A stretch of 50,028 nt of DNA from an uncultured Collinsella sp. (GTDB lineage Bacteria > Actinomycetota > Coriobacteriia > Coriobacteriales > Coriobacteriaceae): positions 1 through 50,028 of the forward strand of contig CAUAGV010000001.1 of NCBI GenBank assembly GCA_958428675.1, in the 5' to 3' direction. The translations under genes and the position numbers were made by a program. The notes under the pieces are model-generated. The model did not search any database. It had not been told where the DNA came from and was given only the letters and a program-made list of their open reading frames with translations. Positions 39,908 to 49,757 of this stretch are shown here, piece by piece. Within the stretch, counting starts at the first letter, position 1. Each line of letters opens with the position of its first letter.

Positions 39908-41440
39908 ATGACCACCGTCGAGCAGTACAAGGTGTTTAAGCTCGAGCTCACGGGCACCGCGGCCGGCAATCCCTATGTCGAGGTCGAGCTGTCGGCACGG
40001 TTCGCCCGCGCAGATGGCCAGGACAGCTTTGAGGTCCATGGCTTCTACAAGGGCAATGGATGCTACCGAATTAACTTTATGCCCGAGAGCGCCGGCGTCT
40101 GGAACTACGCGGTGAGTTCCAACGACCCCGAGCTCGATGGTACCGCCGGCTCTTTTGAGGCCGTGCCTGCCACGGGCGACAACCATGGTCGTGTGCTGCT
40201 GGCAAAAGACGTGCTTGCCCACGACGCTCCGTTCATTACCGACGAGGATTCCAACTTTGCCTACGAGGATGGAACGTGCTACCTGCCCTTTGGCACCACT
40301 TGCTATGCCTGGACCAACCAGGATACGGCCTTGCAGGAGCAGACGCTCGAGACGCTCGCCACCTCTCCGTTCAACAAGATCCGCATGTGTGTCTTCCCCA
40401 AGTTCTACGACTATAACGTTGAGGACCCGGCGATGTATGCCTACGAGGGCGAGAAGGGCGATTTCGACCATTACCGCTTCTATGAGCCGTTTTGGGAGAA
40501 CCTTGAGCACCGCATCGAGCAGCTCGACGAGCTGGGCATCCAGGCGGACCTCATCGTTTTGCATCCGTACGACAAGCCCGAGGTCTGGGGCTTCTCTCGT
40601 ATGACGCGCGAGGAGGATGTTTTCTACCTGACGTATGTCGCCCGCCGCTTCTCGGCATACAAGAACATCTGGTGGAGCCTTGCCAACGAGTGGGATCTTA
40701 TGCCGTGGAAGCCGGCCGAGGACTGGGATCGCTATGCCCGCATCATCATGGCGAACGACCCGTATGGTCATCTGCGCAGCATCCACAATTGCCGCGAGAT
40801 CTTTGACCACAGCCATCCGTGGATTACGCATGTGAGCTACCAGAGGTGCGACCTTAAGAACACGGCCGAGGACGTTACCACGCTGCGCGCGCAGTATAAC
40901 AAGCCGGTTTTGATCGACGAGGTCGGCTATGAGGGCAACATCAACTGGGGTTGGGGCAACCTGACCGCTCAGGAGCTCGTGCGTCGTTTCTGGGAGGGCA
41001 GTTTACGTGGCGGTTATGTGACCCACGGTGAGACCTACGTCGACCGCGGACCCAAGCTGTGGTGGGCGCACGGCGGCAAGCTCTACGGCGACTCGCCCGA
41101 GCGCATTGGCTTTTGCCGTCGCTACATGGAGGCGCTGCCGGCCGATTTTGACTGGGTGCCCGATGAGGTCGGTATCCTTGACGGTACGTTTACCTGGGAT
41201 GTCACCTGCATGTCCAACGACCATGGCCGCGGGACTGCCGATGTCCTTATGTACTTTGGATTCAACCGTCCGGCGTATCGTGAGTTTGAGGGCGAGTCGG
41301 GCGCTCGATACAAGGTGAGTGTCGTGGACACATGGGGCATGACGGAGGAGGAGCTTCCCGGAACCTTTGAGGGCAAGTTCCGCATCGATCTCCCAAGTAA
41401 GCAGTATATGATGCTTCGCCTGACCAAATTAGAGGCGTAA
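39908..41440 (+). CDS. DUF5060 + DUF4038 + DUF5605 putative glycoside hydrolase (apiosidase-like catalytic domain)
   Basis: GNPY..V, GFY.G.G.Y..NFMP...G.W, GTTCYAW, PFNKIRM, WWSLANEWD, SIHN, KPVLIDEVGYEG, THGET. Confidence 0.75.
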   Translation: MTTVEQYKVFKLELTGTAAGNPYVEVELSARFARADGQDSFEVHGFYKGNGCYRINFMPESAGVWNYAVSSNDPELDGTAGSFEAVPATGDNHGRVLLAKDVLAHDAPFITDEDSNFAYEDGTCYLPFGTTCYAWTNQDTALQEQTLETLATSPFNKIRMCVFPKFYDYNVEDPAMYAYEGEKGDFDHYRFYEPFWENLEHRIEQLDELGIQADLIVLHPYDKPEVWGFSRMTREEDVFYLTYVARRFSAYKNIWWSLANEWDLMPWKPAEDWDRYARIIMANDPYGHLRSIHNCREIFDHSHPWITHVSYQRCDLKNTAEDVTTLRAQYNKPVLIDEVGYEGNINWGWGNLTAQELVRRFWEGSLRGGYVTHGETYVDRGPKLWWAHGGKLYGDSPERIGFCRRYMEALPADFDWVPDEVGILDGTFTWDVTCMSNDHGRGTADVLMYFGFNRPAYREFEGESGARYKVSVVDTWGMTEEELPGTFEGKFRIDLPSKQYMMLRLTKLEA

Positions 41441-41554
41441 AACAAAGATAATCGGCTCCGGGCGTGACTTGCTGCACGACCATCGCAGGGGGGGGGTAGT
41501 CCTTGTGATGGTCGCGGCGATGCACGTCCGGGGCTATGCTTGTAAGGAGTGAAC

Positions 41555-42466
41555 ATGCAGGAGTTTTTTGGAATCGATGTGGGCGGTACGGCCGTTAAAT
41601 GGGCTGTGCTGGGCGAGGATTTTTCCATCCGCGAGCGCGGAAGCCTGCCGACGGGCTTTACCACGGCTGATGAGACGGTCGCGGCGCTGATCTCGCTCGT
41701 CGAGCCGTATCGCGAGCGCGTGAGCGCCGTGGGCGTGAGTGCGCCCGGCGGCATCTACGAGGGAGATGTCACAGGAACGATCCATCGCGGTGGTGCGCTC
41801 ACGTTTATGGATGGCTGCCCGCTGGGAAAGCTCATGCGCGAGGCTCTGGGGGTGCCGATTGCCGTCAATAACGACGGTAAGTGCTGCGCACTCGGTGAGT
41901 ATGCGGCTGGCGCTCTGCGCGGGACGCGTTTTGGCGTGGTGCTCGCTATCGGCACGGGCATCGGCGGCGGTATCGTCACCGACGGCAAGGTCCTGCGCGG
42001 CGCGCACTGCTTTGCAGGCGAGTTTAGCTTCTTGCGCAACGATGTCACGACTGCTGCGAGCATGGAAAACTCCTTTGCGGGTTCGGGCGGTTGGCGTGCG
42101 CTCCGCGATGCCGCCGTTGCCGAGAAGGGCCTGCCTGCGGATTCTCCGGTGGACGGCCGCCGCGTCTTTGAGTGGATCGCGGATGGCGACATGTCGGCGC
42201 AGCGCGCGCTCGACCGCTACGCTCGCTCATTTGACGGACAGCTCATCAACCTGCAGGCCGTGCTCGACCCCGAGGTCTTTGTGATCGCAGGCGGCATCTC
42301 GTGCCATCCCGAGCTCGTCGATGCCCTGCGTGCGCAGATGCCGCTGGCCCTTGCGAGTTACGAAGGGACCCTTGCCGGCATTCCTGTGCCGCAGATAAAG
42401 GCGGCCGAGCTCGGCAACGACGCCAACCTTTACGGTGCTGTCCAGGAGGCTATGCGACTGGTGTAG
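41555..42466 (+). CDS. ROK-family sugar kinase (no HTH; BglK-like)
   Basis: GIDVGGT, NNDGKC, GTGIGGG, AGEFS, GGIS, LGNDANLYGA; no CxCGxxGC. Confidence 0.85.
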   Translation: MQEFFGIDVGGTAVKWAVLGEDFSIRERGSLPTGFTTADETVAALISLVEPYRERVSAVGVSAPGGIYEGDVTGTIHRGGALTFMDGCPLGKLMREALGVPIAVNNDGKCCALGEYAAGALRGTRFGVVLAIGTGIGGGIVTDGKVLRGAHCFAGEFSFLRNDVTTAASMENSFAGSGGWRALRDAAVAEKGLPADSPVDGRRVFEWIADGDMSAQRALDRYARSFDGQLINLQAVLDPEVFVIAGGISCHPELVDALRAQMPLALASYEGTLAGIPVPQIKAAELGNDANLYGAVQEAMRLV

Positions 42467-42483
42467 CGCATTGGACATAATCG

Positions 42484-42664
42484 TTGGGGACGTTCTTGTT
42501 TGACTAGTCGTTTAAGAACGTCCCCAATGACTACTCACAGAATGAGAGTGGATAATCTCCCGTTTTGGCCTGCATACAGGCTCAAAGTGGGAGATTATCC
42601 ACTCTCGTCATTTGATTGGCACTTGTGACACTTGCACTCATTGGGGACGTACTTAAATTAGTGG
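42484..42664. repeat. Composite REP/BIME-like cluster
   Basis: 47-bp unit matching 48582-48628 with one mismatch, palindrome at 42544-42606, unit 42634-42664 matching 30741-30771. Confidence 0.8.
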
Positions 42665-42857
42665 CAGTTGGGGACACTCCTTGCCGAGCTGCAAGCCGTG
42701 CGCGCCCCTTCTGGGCCTTGCGGCTCAAAATCGGTTTACGCCGTGGGCTGTTGGGGGTCAAATTGACGGCATTTCGAGGATGGGTTCGATATTGGGACTG
42801 GTTCTCTACTAGAATAGATTTGCAGGCAATTAAACGACTGCGGGGGGGGGGGTATTC

Positions 42858-44402
42858 ATGAAAGGTATGGGAGACACGGCCGCGTACTTTCGTCGGGGCA
42901 TTCGGGAGATTATATGCCTGGCGCTGTTCTATTTTACGTTTTTGGCTGGCGAGTACCTCTTCGACGTGCGTGTGGCCGAGTTTGTGCCGCCGAGTGAGGT
43001 CGTTGTCTACGAGAGCCTCATCGTCGGTGCGAGCGTGATCGGCTTTTTTGTGCGTCCTATTCTGTACTATCGCCGTCCCCGTGCGATCGATACGACGAGC
43101 GACATCACGGGCGTGCTGCTGGTAGCGGCATTGCTGCTGATGATTATGGCGGTACAGTTTGGGGTGCTAATTGCCGGCGGTTTGATGGCATGCTGCACGC
43201 TGGGCTACTGCGGATCGACCGCCCACGCCAACTTTGCGCGGCGCTTTGCGCGGACGCCGTATTTGGCGCGCGCGGCGGCACTTTCGTATGGCCTTGGCGT
43301 TCTGGTGCAGGTGCTCAACCACATGGTGATGCCCGCGGGGATTCCGCAACAATTTGTTTTTGTTGCCTGTGCAGTTGTGCTGGTGGCGCTACTCCACGGC
43401 GCCCGTCGTGCCAAGCTGCGCGGTGAACCTGAGCTTGGGCAAGAGCCCGATATCGCCGAGCTTTCGGTGGATGCGTCGGAGTTTGGCGCCAAGTGGCAAA
43501 ACGATTCCGAGTCAACGGCGGCTTTTCGGCGCGCCGTGGTGCGCCTGACGGTCGCAACTGCCTGCCTTACCGGCGTGTTTGCCGCCCTCAATGCGGGGCT
43601 CACAACTGCGCACGCCGACGGGTCCGTCGACTTGGGCGATTGGCTGCGACTGTTTATGGCTGCGAGCGCTCTGGTCGCCGGCATCTTGTTTGACCTGCGC
43701 GGACGCTCGTATATGAACATCATCATGACTTGCGCCGCCATGTTGTCCACGCTTTCATTCTTTGTGCTTATCACCGATGCAAACGGCGCCAACACGCTTG
43801 CCGCTACCATCATCTTCTATCTGGGTTCGGGCTTCTTCGTGGTGTTTTTTACGGCGAAGTTTGCCGCCATTTCGGTTTATGCGCACTGGTCGTACCTGTG
43901 GCCGTGCATGGGCCGTGTCATCAACAACGTTTGCGCGATGTTCGTGACGGCGCCGGCGGTGGCGATTGTCTCGAGCCAGAACGTGCTGCTGGCGTTGGGT
44001 GCCGGACTTGTACTGCTTGTGGGCATTGCGATCTCGCTGCTGGGGCAGTCTGGGCATCAGGTCTATGACGTTGAAGTGCGCGGCGACCTGGCGTTTGCTG
44101 CTAGCGACCTTGGCACGGATCCCGTATCCGCCCAGAGCGAGCCCGCCCCCGCAGAGGTGCCGGAGTCCACACTCGACGAGCGTCTCGATGCCTTCGCCGT
44201 CGCCTTTGAGCTTACGCAGCGCGAGCGCGATATTTTGGAGGCCTTGGTCGCATCGCGCGAGAGTGTTCAAGACATCGCCGCAACGCTCTTCCTTTCGCGC
44301 TCCACGCTTTACCGTCATATCGCCTCGATCAACAAAAAGACCGGCGCCTCCTCACGTGTGGCCCTCATCAACTTTTTCTGGTCCTGGGCGCCCAAGGACT
44401 AG
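42858..44402 (+). CDS. Multi-pass membrane protein with a C-terminal LuxR HTH (Coriobacteriia TM-LuxR)
   Basis: About 12 hydrophobic segments, then LTQRERDIL...IAATLFLSRSTLYRHIASINKK. Confidence 0.85.
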   Translation: MKGMGDTAAYFRRGIREIICLALFYFTFLAGEYLFDVRVAEFVPPSEVVVYESLIVGASVIGFFVRPILYYRRPRAIDTTSDITGVLLVAALLLMIMAVQFGVLIAGGLMACCTLGYCGSTAHANFARRFARTPYLARAAALSYGLGVLVQVLNHMVMPAGIPQQFVFVACAVVLVALLHGARRAKLRGEPELGQEPDIAELSVDASEFGAKWQNDSESTAAFRRAVVRLTVATACLTGVFAALNAGLTTAHADGSVDLGDWLRLFMAASALVAGILFDLRGRSYMNIIMTCAAMLSTLSFFVLITDANGANTLAATIIFYLGSGFFVVFFTAKFAAISVYAHWSYLWPCMGRVINNVCAMFVTAPAVAIVSSQNVLLALGAGLVLLVGIAISLLGQSGHQVYDVEVRGDLAFAASDLGTDPVSAQSEPAPAEVPESTLDERLDAFAVAFELTQRERDILEALVASRESVQDIAATLFLSRSTLYRHIASINKKTGASSRVALINFFWSWAPKD

Positions 44403-44501
44403 CCCATTTGGGACGGGGCTTTTTTAGCTGTTTTGGGCCGCCGCGGCCAGCGGGGGCGGGTCGCGGCGGCCCAAACATCCCTGACGAAGGTGCCGGTGAA
44501 G

Positions 44502-47270
44502 TTACAGCAGCTCGCCGTGGCGGGCGATGTAGCGGCGCTTGGCCAGCTGGGTGAGTGCGATGTAGGCGGCGACGATGCCGATGAGCAGTGCGAAAAAGCT
44601 CGCGGGCAGCGGCATGAGGCCGAGTGCATCGGCGACGGGGCTTGCCGGCAGCCAGGTGACGAGCGCCAGGCCCAGCACGGTGAGGGCGCACAGCGCGGGC
44701 GCGGCGTGGTCGCGCGCGCTCGGCAGGCGCGGGGAGCGCAGCATGTGGATCACGAGCGTCTGCGACCACATGGACTCGACAAACCAGCCGCTCTGGAAGA
44801 TTGCGGCGAAGGTCGTCATGCCCGCGACGTTGCCCGCGGCGGCAAGCTCTGCCCAGCTCGCGCCCACGGTGGCGGGGCACACCACAAAGAAGAGCGCGGC
44901 GAAGGTCACGATGTCAAACAGCGAGCTCACGGGGCCCAGCTCGAGCATAAAGCCCTTAATGGACGCGGCGTCCCAGGCGCGCGGACGGGCGGTCCAGGCG
45001 TCGTCGACGGTGTCCCACGGCAGCGCGATGCACACGATCTCGTAGACCAGCGACAGCAGCACCAACTGCAGAGCGCTCATGGGCAAGAACGGCAAGAACA
45101 GGCTCGCGACGGTCACGGATAGCACGTTGCCAAAGTTGGAGCTCACCGTGGTCTTGAGGTACTTGAGTAGGTTGCCGTAGGTGCGGCGGCCTTCGATGAT
45201 GCCACGCTCGAGCACGCCCAGGTCCTTCTGGAGCAAGATGATATCGGCAGATTCCTTGGCAATGTCGACGGCCGAATCGACCGAGATGCCGCAATCGCTC
45301 GCACGCATGGCGGCGGCGTCGTTGATGCCATCGCCCATAAAGCCCACGGTGTGGCCGAGCAGCTCGCGCATGACACGCACCAGACGCGCCTTCTGCAGCG
45401 GCGAGAGCTTGGCGAAGAGGTGGGTGTTCTCGGCGCGCTCGGCAAGTTCGGCGTCATCGAGCGCATCGATCTCGGAGCCGAGCAAGACGTTGCTCGCGTC
45501 GATACCGATCTGTTCGCAGACGGTGGCCGCGACGCGGTCGTTGTCGCCGGTCAGGACCTTGACTGCCACGCCCTTGGCCTCGAGGGTGGCGACGGCGCCC
45601 GCGGCACTTGCTTTGGGCGGATCGAGGAAGGCCAAAAAGCCCATCAGCACCATGTCGCACTCGTCGGCAATGCCAAACTCGCCCACGTAGCGCGGATTGG
45701 TCTTCTGCGCCACGGCAATCACGCGCAGGCCCTCGGCATTGAGCCCGGCGACCTGCTGGCGAATCTGGGCGAGCTTATCTTCGGTGAGCGGCTGGGCGGC
45801 ACCATCGCCTTCGACAAAGGAGCAGATCTCGAGCATTTCCTCGGCAGCTCCTTTGGTAACCATCTGGGTTTTACCCTGGGCGTCGGCGACAACGACGCTC
45901 AGGCGACGGCGCGAGAAATCGAAGGGCACCTCGTCGACCTTGGTATAGCGGTCGCGCAGGCTCTGGCCCAGCATGGAATCGGGCGCGACAGCCGAGGGCG
46001 TCACGTCGGCGCGGTCGATGACGGCCAGGTCGATAAGGTTCTTGAGGCCAGTCTGGAAGAAGCTGTTCAAAAACGCATGGCGCAGCACGCGTGCGTCCTC
46101 GTTGCCGTCGGTGTTGAGGTGGCGCTCGAGCACGATGCGGTCTTCGGTGAGGGTGCCGGTCTTGTCGCAGCACAGGACGTCCATCGCGCCGAGGTTTTGG
46201 ATCGCCGGCAGCTCCTTGACGATAACCTGACGACGGGCGAGGTCCTTGGCGCCCTGCGACAGGCTCGTGGTCACGATGACGGGGAGCATCTGCGGCGTGA
46301 TGCCCACGGCCACGCTCGTGGCGAACAGCAGCGCGTCGATGACGTTGCCCTTGGTGGCGGCGTTGATGGCAAAGACGGCCGGCGCCATAACGAGCATGAG
46401 GCGTACGAGCAGCATGGAGACGCTCGAGACGCCGCGGTCAAACGCGCTCTTCTCGCCGCGTCCGTTGAGCATCTTGGCGATGCCGCCCAGGTAAGTGTCC
46501 GAGCCGGTGGCAACGACAAGCGCCATGGCGGTGCCGTTTTGCACGGAAGTGCCGGTAAAGACGATGTTCTTGCAGGCAGAGAGTGGCAGCGCGGAGCCGT
46601 CGGCACCCTCGACGACGGTGATGGCAGCGCTCTTCTCGACGGCCTCGCTCTCGCCGGTGAGTGCGGACTCGATCACAAACAGGTCGCGCGCGGTGATGAT
46701 GCGGGCATCTGCCGGCACCATGTCGCCGGCAGAGAGGCGGATTACATCGCCGGGGACGAGCTCGTCGAAGGGGATCTCGACGCGCTCGCCGTCGCGCAGG
46801 GCACAGCAGGTGTTGGAGACCAGGTCCTTAAGGGCCTCGGCCGCATTGCCGCTGCGGGCTTCCTGGATAAACTTCATGCCGCCCGATACCAGCAGCATGA
46901 TGCCGATGACGATGACCGTGGAGGGGTCACGCTGCAGCTCGGGCACGGCGAGCACGTCGATGTAGAGCGAGACCAGTGCGAGGGCGGCGAGGATGCCAGC
47001 GAAGGGATCGACGAACGCGTCGGCGATGCGGCGGGCGAGCGTCTTGGTCGGCGCCTCGATGGTGTTGGGGCCGACTGCGCTCAGGCGCTCGGCGGCGTGC
47101 TCGGCGGTGAGGCCGTTTGCCGTGGCATCGAGCAGCACGAGGGCGTCCTCGGCGCTATGGGTGGCGGCGAATATGGTGTTCTTGGACAGGCCGGCGTGAG
47201 CGGCAGGGCGCGCCGTGCGGCGGCGCTTGGAGATGGCTTCGAGTACCGTGGCGGTTTTGAGCATCAGCAT
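44502..47270 (-). CDS. mgtA: Mg2+-importing P-type ATPase
   Basis: TGES, VGITPQMLP, DKTGTLT, PFDFSRRR, KGA, TGDN, GDGIND, SSNFGN, WFVESMWSQTL. Confidence 0.93.
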   Translation of the reverse strand: MLMLKTATVLEAISKRRRTARPAAHAGLSKNTIFAATHSAEDALVLLDATANGLTAEHAAERLSAVGPNTIEAPTKTLARRIADAFVDPFAGILAALALVSLYIDVLAVPELQRDPSTVIVIGIMLLVSGGMKFIQEARSGNAAEALKDLVSNTCCALRDGERVEIPFDELVPGDVIRLSAGDMVPADARIITARDLFVIESALTGESEAVEKSAAITVVEGADGSALPLSACKNIVFTGTSVQNGTAMALVVATGSDTYLGGIAKMLNGRGEKSAFDRGVSSVSMLLVRLMLVMAPAVFAINAATKGNVIDALLFATSVAVGITPQMLPVIVTTSLSQGAKDLARRQVIVKELPAIQNLGAMDVLCCDKTGTLTEDRIVLERHLNTDGNEDARVLRHAFLNSFFQTGLKNLIDLAVIDRADVTPSAVAPDSMLGQSLRDRYTKVDEVPFDFSRRRLSVVVADAQGKTQMVTKGAAEEMLEICSFVEGDGAAQPLTEDKLAQIRQQVAGLNAEGLRVIAVAQKTNPRYVGEFGIADECDMVLMGFLAFLDPPKASAAGAVATLEAKGVAVKVLTGDNDRVAATVCEQIGIDASNVLLGSEIDALDDAELAERAENTHLFAKLSPLQKARLVRVMRELLGHTVGFMGDGINDAAAMRASDCGISVDSAVDIAKESADIILLQKDLGVLERGIIEGRRTYGNLLKYLKTTVSSNFGNVLSVTVASLFLPFLPMSALQLVLLSLVYEIVCIALPWDTVDDAWTARPRAWDAASIKGFMLELGPVSSLFDIVTFAALFFVVCPATVGASWAELAAAGNVAGMTTFAAIFQSGWFVESMWSQTLVIHMLRSPRLPSARDHAAPALCALTVLGLALVTWLPASPVADALGLMPLPASFFALLIGIVAAYIALTQLAKRRYIARHGELL

Positions 47271-47410
47271 AGGGTCCTCCTTGTTGAAGGGAGTTAGCGT
47301 ACGTGTCGTATTTGCTTCAAAAAACCTAGATGTCGCTCACGTCATGCTCGCGAGCTGCCACAAAGGGGACGGGCACCTTTGTGGTGGTTTTGACGGCCGG
47401 CTGTTGGCGC

Positions 47411-47482
47411 TTATGCGTGTGCGGAATCCTCGCGGCGTGCCGAGGGCGACATGCAGGTTTTTCGACTATGACTGCCTTCCAT
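47411..47482 (-). CDS. Putative 23-aa leader peptide MEGSHSRKTCMSPSARREDSAHA upstream of mgtA
   Basis: Perfect SD TAAGGAGGTG (47496-47487), 4 nt before ATG; the ORF body is one arm of a long inverted repeat. Confidence 0.6.
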   Translation of the reverse strand: MEGSHSRKTCMSPSARREDSAHA

Positions 47483-47548
47483 GGCACACCTCCTTAAGGC
47501 CGGGCGCTGCGCGCTTTGGGTATCTCGTACCCGTTTCAATTCGCCCGT

Positions 47549-47578
47549 ATTCTTGATGAGGGGGGTTTGCCGTGTCAA
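47549..47578 (-). promoter_or_regulatory. Putative mgtA-leader promoter
   Basis: TTGACA-N18-AAGAAT on the minus strand. Confidence 0.45.
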
Positions 47579-47706
47579 CCCCATTGTTCGGAAAACCATC
47601 GTCTCTGACGAAGATCTTACAGGGTTGTGGCTCCAAAGCGCGCCCGCATCGACGCTTCGCCTGCGCTAAACTGGAAAGCACGTACGCAATTACGAGAGGA
47701 GCCCAC

Positions 47707-48390
47707 ATGGAGGCTTACAAGCAAGAGTTCATCAAGTTCATGGTTGAGTCCGACGTTCTTAAGTTCGGCAGCTTTACGCTCAAGAGCGGCCGTCAGTCCC
47801 CGTTCTTTATGAACGCCGGCGCCTATGTGACGGGCTATCAGCTCAAGAAGCTGGGCGAGTATTACGCCCAGGCCATTCACGATAACTTTGGCGACGACTT
47901 TGATGTGCTGTTTGGACCGGCCTACAAGGGCATTCCCCTGGCCGTCGTGACCGCCATTGCCTACCACGAGCTGTACGGCAAGGAGGTCAAGTACTGCTGC
48001 GACCGCAAGGAGGCCAAGGACCACGGTGCCGACAAGGGCAACCTGCTGGGTTATGAGCCCCAGGACGGCGACCGCGTGGTCATGGTCGAGGACGTCACCA
48101 CCAGCGGCAAGTCCATCGACGAGACCTACCCCAAGGTCATGGCCGCAGCAGACGTTGAGATCAAGGGCCTGATCGTGTCCCTCAACCGCATGGAGGTCGG
48201 CAAAGGTGGCGTGACCACCGCTCAGAAGGAGATCGAGGCCAAGTACGGTTTCCCCGTCGCGAGCATCGTTTCCATGGCCGAGGTCGTCGAGACTCTCTAC
48301 AACCACGAGATCGACGGCAAGGTTGTCATCGACGACGAGCTCAAGGCCGCCATCGACGCTTACTACGAGCAGTACGGAGCTCGGGAGTAG
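47707..48390 (+). CDS. pyrE: Orotate phosphoribosyltransferase
   Basis: FTLKSGRQSPFF, LFGPAYKGIP, RKEAKDHG, VEDVTTSG. Confidence 0.95.
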   Translation: MEAYKQEFIKFMVESDVLKFGSFTLKSGRQSPFFMNAGAYVTGYQLKKLGEYYAQAIHDNFGDDFDVLFGPAYKGIPLAVVTAIAYHELYGKEVKYCCDRKEAKDHGADKGNLLGYEPQDGDRVVMVEDVTTSGKSIDETYPKVMAAADVEIKGLIVSLNRMEVGKGGVTTAQKEIEAKYGFPVASIVSMAEVVETLYNHEIDGKVVIDDELKAAIDAYYEQYGARE

Positions 48391-48581
48391 TAGTTACGCG
48401 GTTTTACCAAACCGCGTAACAGCTCGACGCTGCGCGGGCCGCATTTGGACAATCTGACGTTCAACTTCAAGGGCGCGACCAGAAGGTCAGCGCCCTTTCG
48501 TTTCACGTCACCTTGTCTCAAATGCGACCCGCTCGCTGTCCGTCCTCTGCCTGCGGCGTCATCTTGCTCCAAATGCGGCAC

Positions 48582-48704
48582 TTGGGGACGTTCCTGTTTG
48601 ACTAGTCGTTTAAGAACGTCCCCAATGATCAGTCTGAAATGAGCGTGGATAATCTCCCGTTTTTGGCTCGGTGACGGTCTCAAAGTGGGAGATTATCCAC
48701 GCTC
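48582..48704. repeat. Composite REP/BIME-like cluster
   Basis: Same two modules in the same order as 42484-42606. Confidence 0.8.
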
Positions 48705-48737
48705 GTTAGGTTAGTGTCCGAAAATCCACGCTCGTCG

Positions 48738-49592
48738 CTACTTGAGCCCGGGCAGGCGGGTGTAGGGGAACGAGCGCTCTAAGAACTCGGAACAGCGGGT
48801 GTAATCTTTGGCAAAGTAGCTGCTGTAGAGCGAATCGAGTACGTATTGCACGGCGATGTGGCTGGCGAACTGCGTGATGCGGTGCGTCATACTCTCGTGG
48901 TCGCTCACTGTGAGATAGGCGGCAAAGCCGGGGTGAATGCGGGCGCAGTACGGTGTGCCGATGACGATGACCGGGACATGTCGACTGCTGAGGATTGGCA
49001 AGATCTCCCTGAGGTTGGGGGCAAGGCCGCTGTAGGAGATGACGATTGCCACATGGTCGGGGCCCGAGGCGAGCGCCGTGCGCACCTGCGCCTCGACGCT
49101 GTCGTGGCACGTCGCGCTTTTGCCGGCGGAAAGCAGGCGATCGCGGAACATTCCCGCTGGATACAGGTTATGCGAGCCCGTGTAGATGTCCACGGTGCCG
49201 GCGCGCATGATGAGCTTGGCGGCGTGGTCGAGCTGTGCGGGGTCGAGCAGCTCCTGCGTTTCGGCCAAGGTGGTCTGGTAGAGCCCCTCCATGCGCTCCA
49301 TCACCTGCGCAGGGGTGGAGGTGGCATCGAAGGGAAAGTTGATGTCCACGTCGCGCCGGTTGCCCGCCTCGGTCGCCTGGCGGATGAGCTCGACCTTGAG
49401 GTCTTTGAATCCCTCGAGGCCGAGCTTTTTGCAAAAGCGGTGAACGCTCGCGACCGAAACGTTGGCGCGCGCGGCAAATTCCTTAATGGAAAGCCCGCGC
49501 ACATCCTCGCCCATGGCGAGCGCCGTTTGCCCAAGTTGTTGCTCGGTGGGGGTGAGGCTTTTGCCCTGCGTGATCTTTCGCCTGATATCCAT
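48738..49592 (-). CDS. RpiR/MurR-family regulator (HTH + SIS)
   Basis: LTPTEQQL, SIKEFA...VSVASVHRFCKKLG..GFKDLK, ISYSG. Confidence 0.9.
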   Translation of the reverse strand: MDIRRKITQGKSLTPTEQQLGQTALAMGEDVRGLSIKEFAARANVSVASVHRFCKKLGLEGFKDLKVELIRQATEAGNRRDVDINFPFDATSTPAQVMERMEGLYQTTLAETQELLDPAQLDHAAKLIMRAGTVDIYTGSHNLYPAGMFRDRLLSAGKSATCHDSVEAQVRTALASGPDHVAIVISYSGLAPNLREILPILSSRHVPVIVIGTPYCARIHPGFAAYLTVSDHESMTHRITQFASHIAVQYVLDSLYSSYFAKDYTRCSEFLERSFPYTRLPGLK

Positions 49593-49757
49593 ATGGCTCC
49601 TATGCGTTTGCGTCGCGATAAACCAATCATAGCGATAAATAAAACGTTCGGCTTGGCTGGGAGTTTTGGTCCGCCGGTCTATGAACGACGGATCGCTCGA
49701 CGATGCGCGGGCTCTACCTAGGGCGCTGTCCTTGTTGGGCCGTTTGCGCCCGGGGCG

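Noticed and set aside
47502..47646. 11-bp inverted repeat gcgcgctttgg/ccaaagcgcgc as an invertible promoter between mgtA and pyrE
   Set aside because: Short and GC-rich, with no recombinase in the window; not supportable without read data.
48393..48420. Palindrome gttacgcggttt/aaaccgcgtaac after pyrE as a regulatory site
   Set aside because: Its position right after the stop codon fits an ordinary 3' hairpin.
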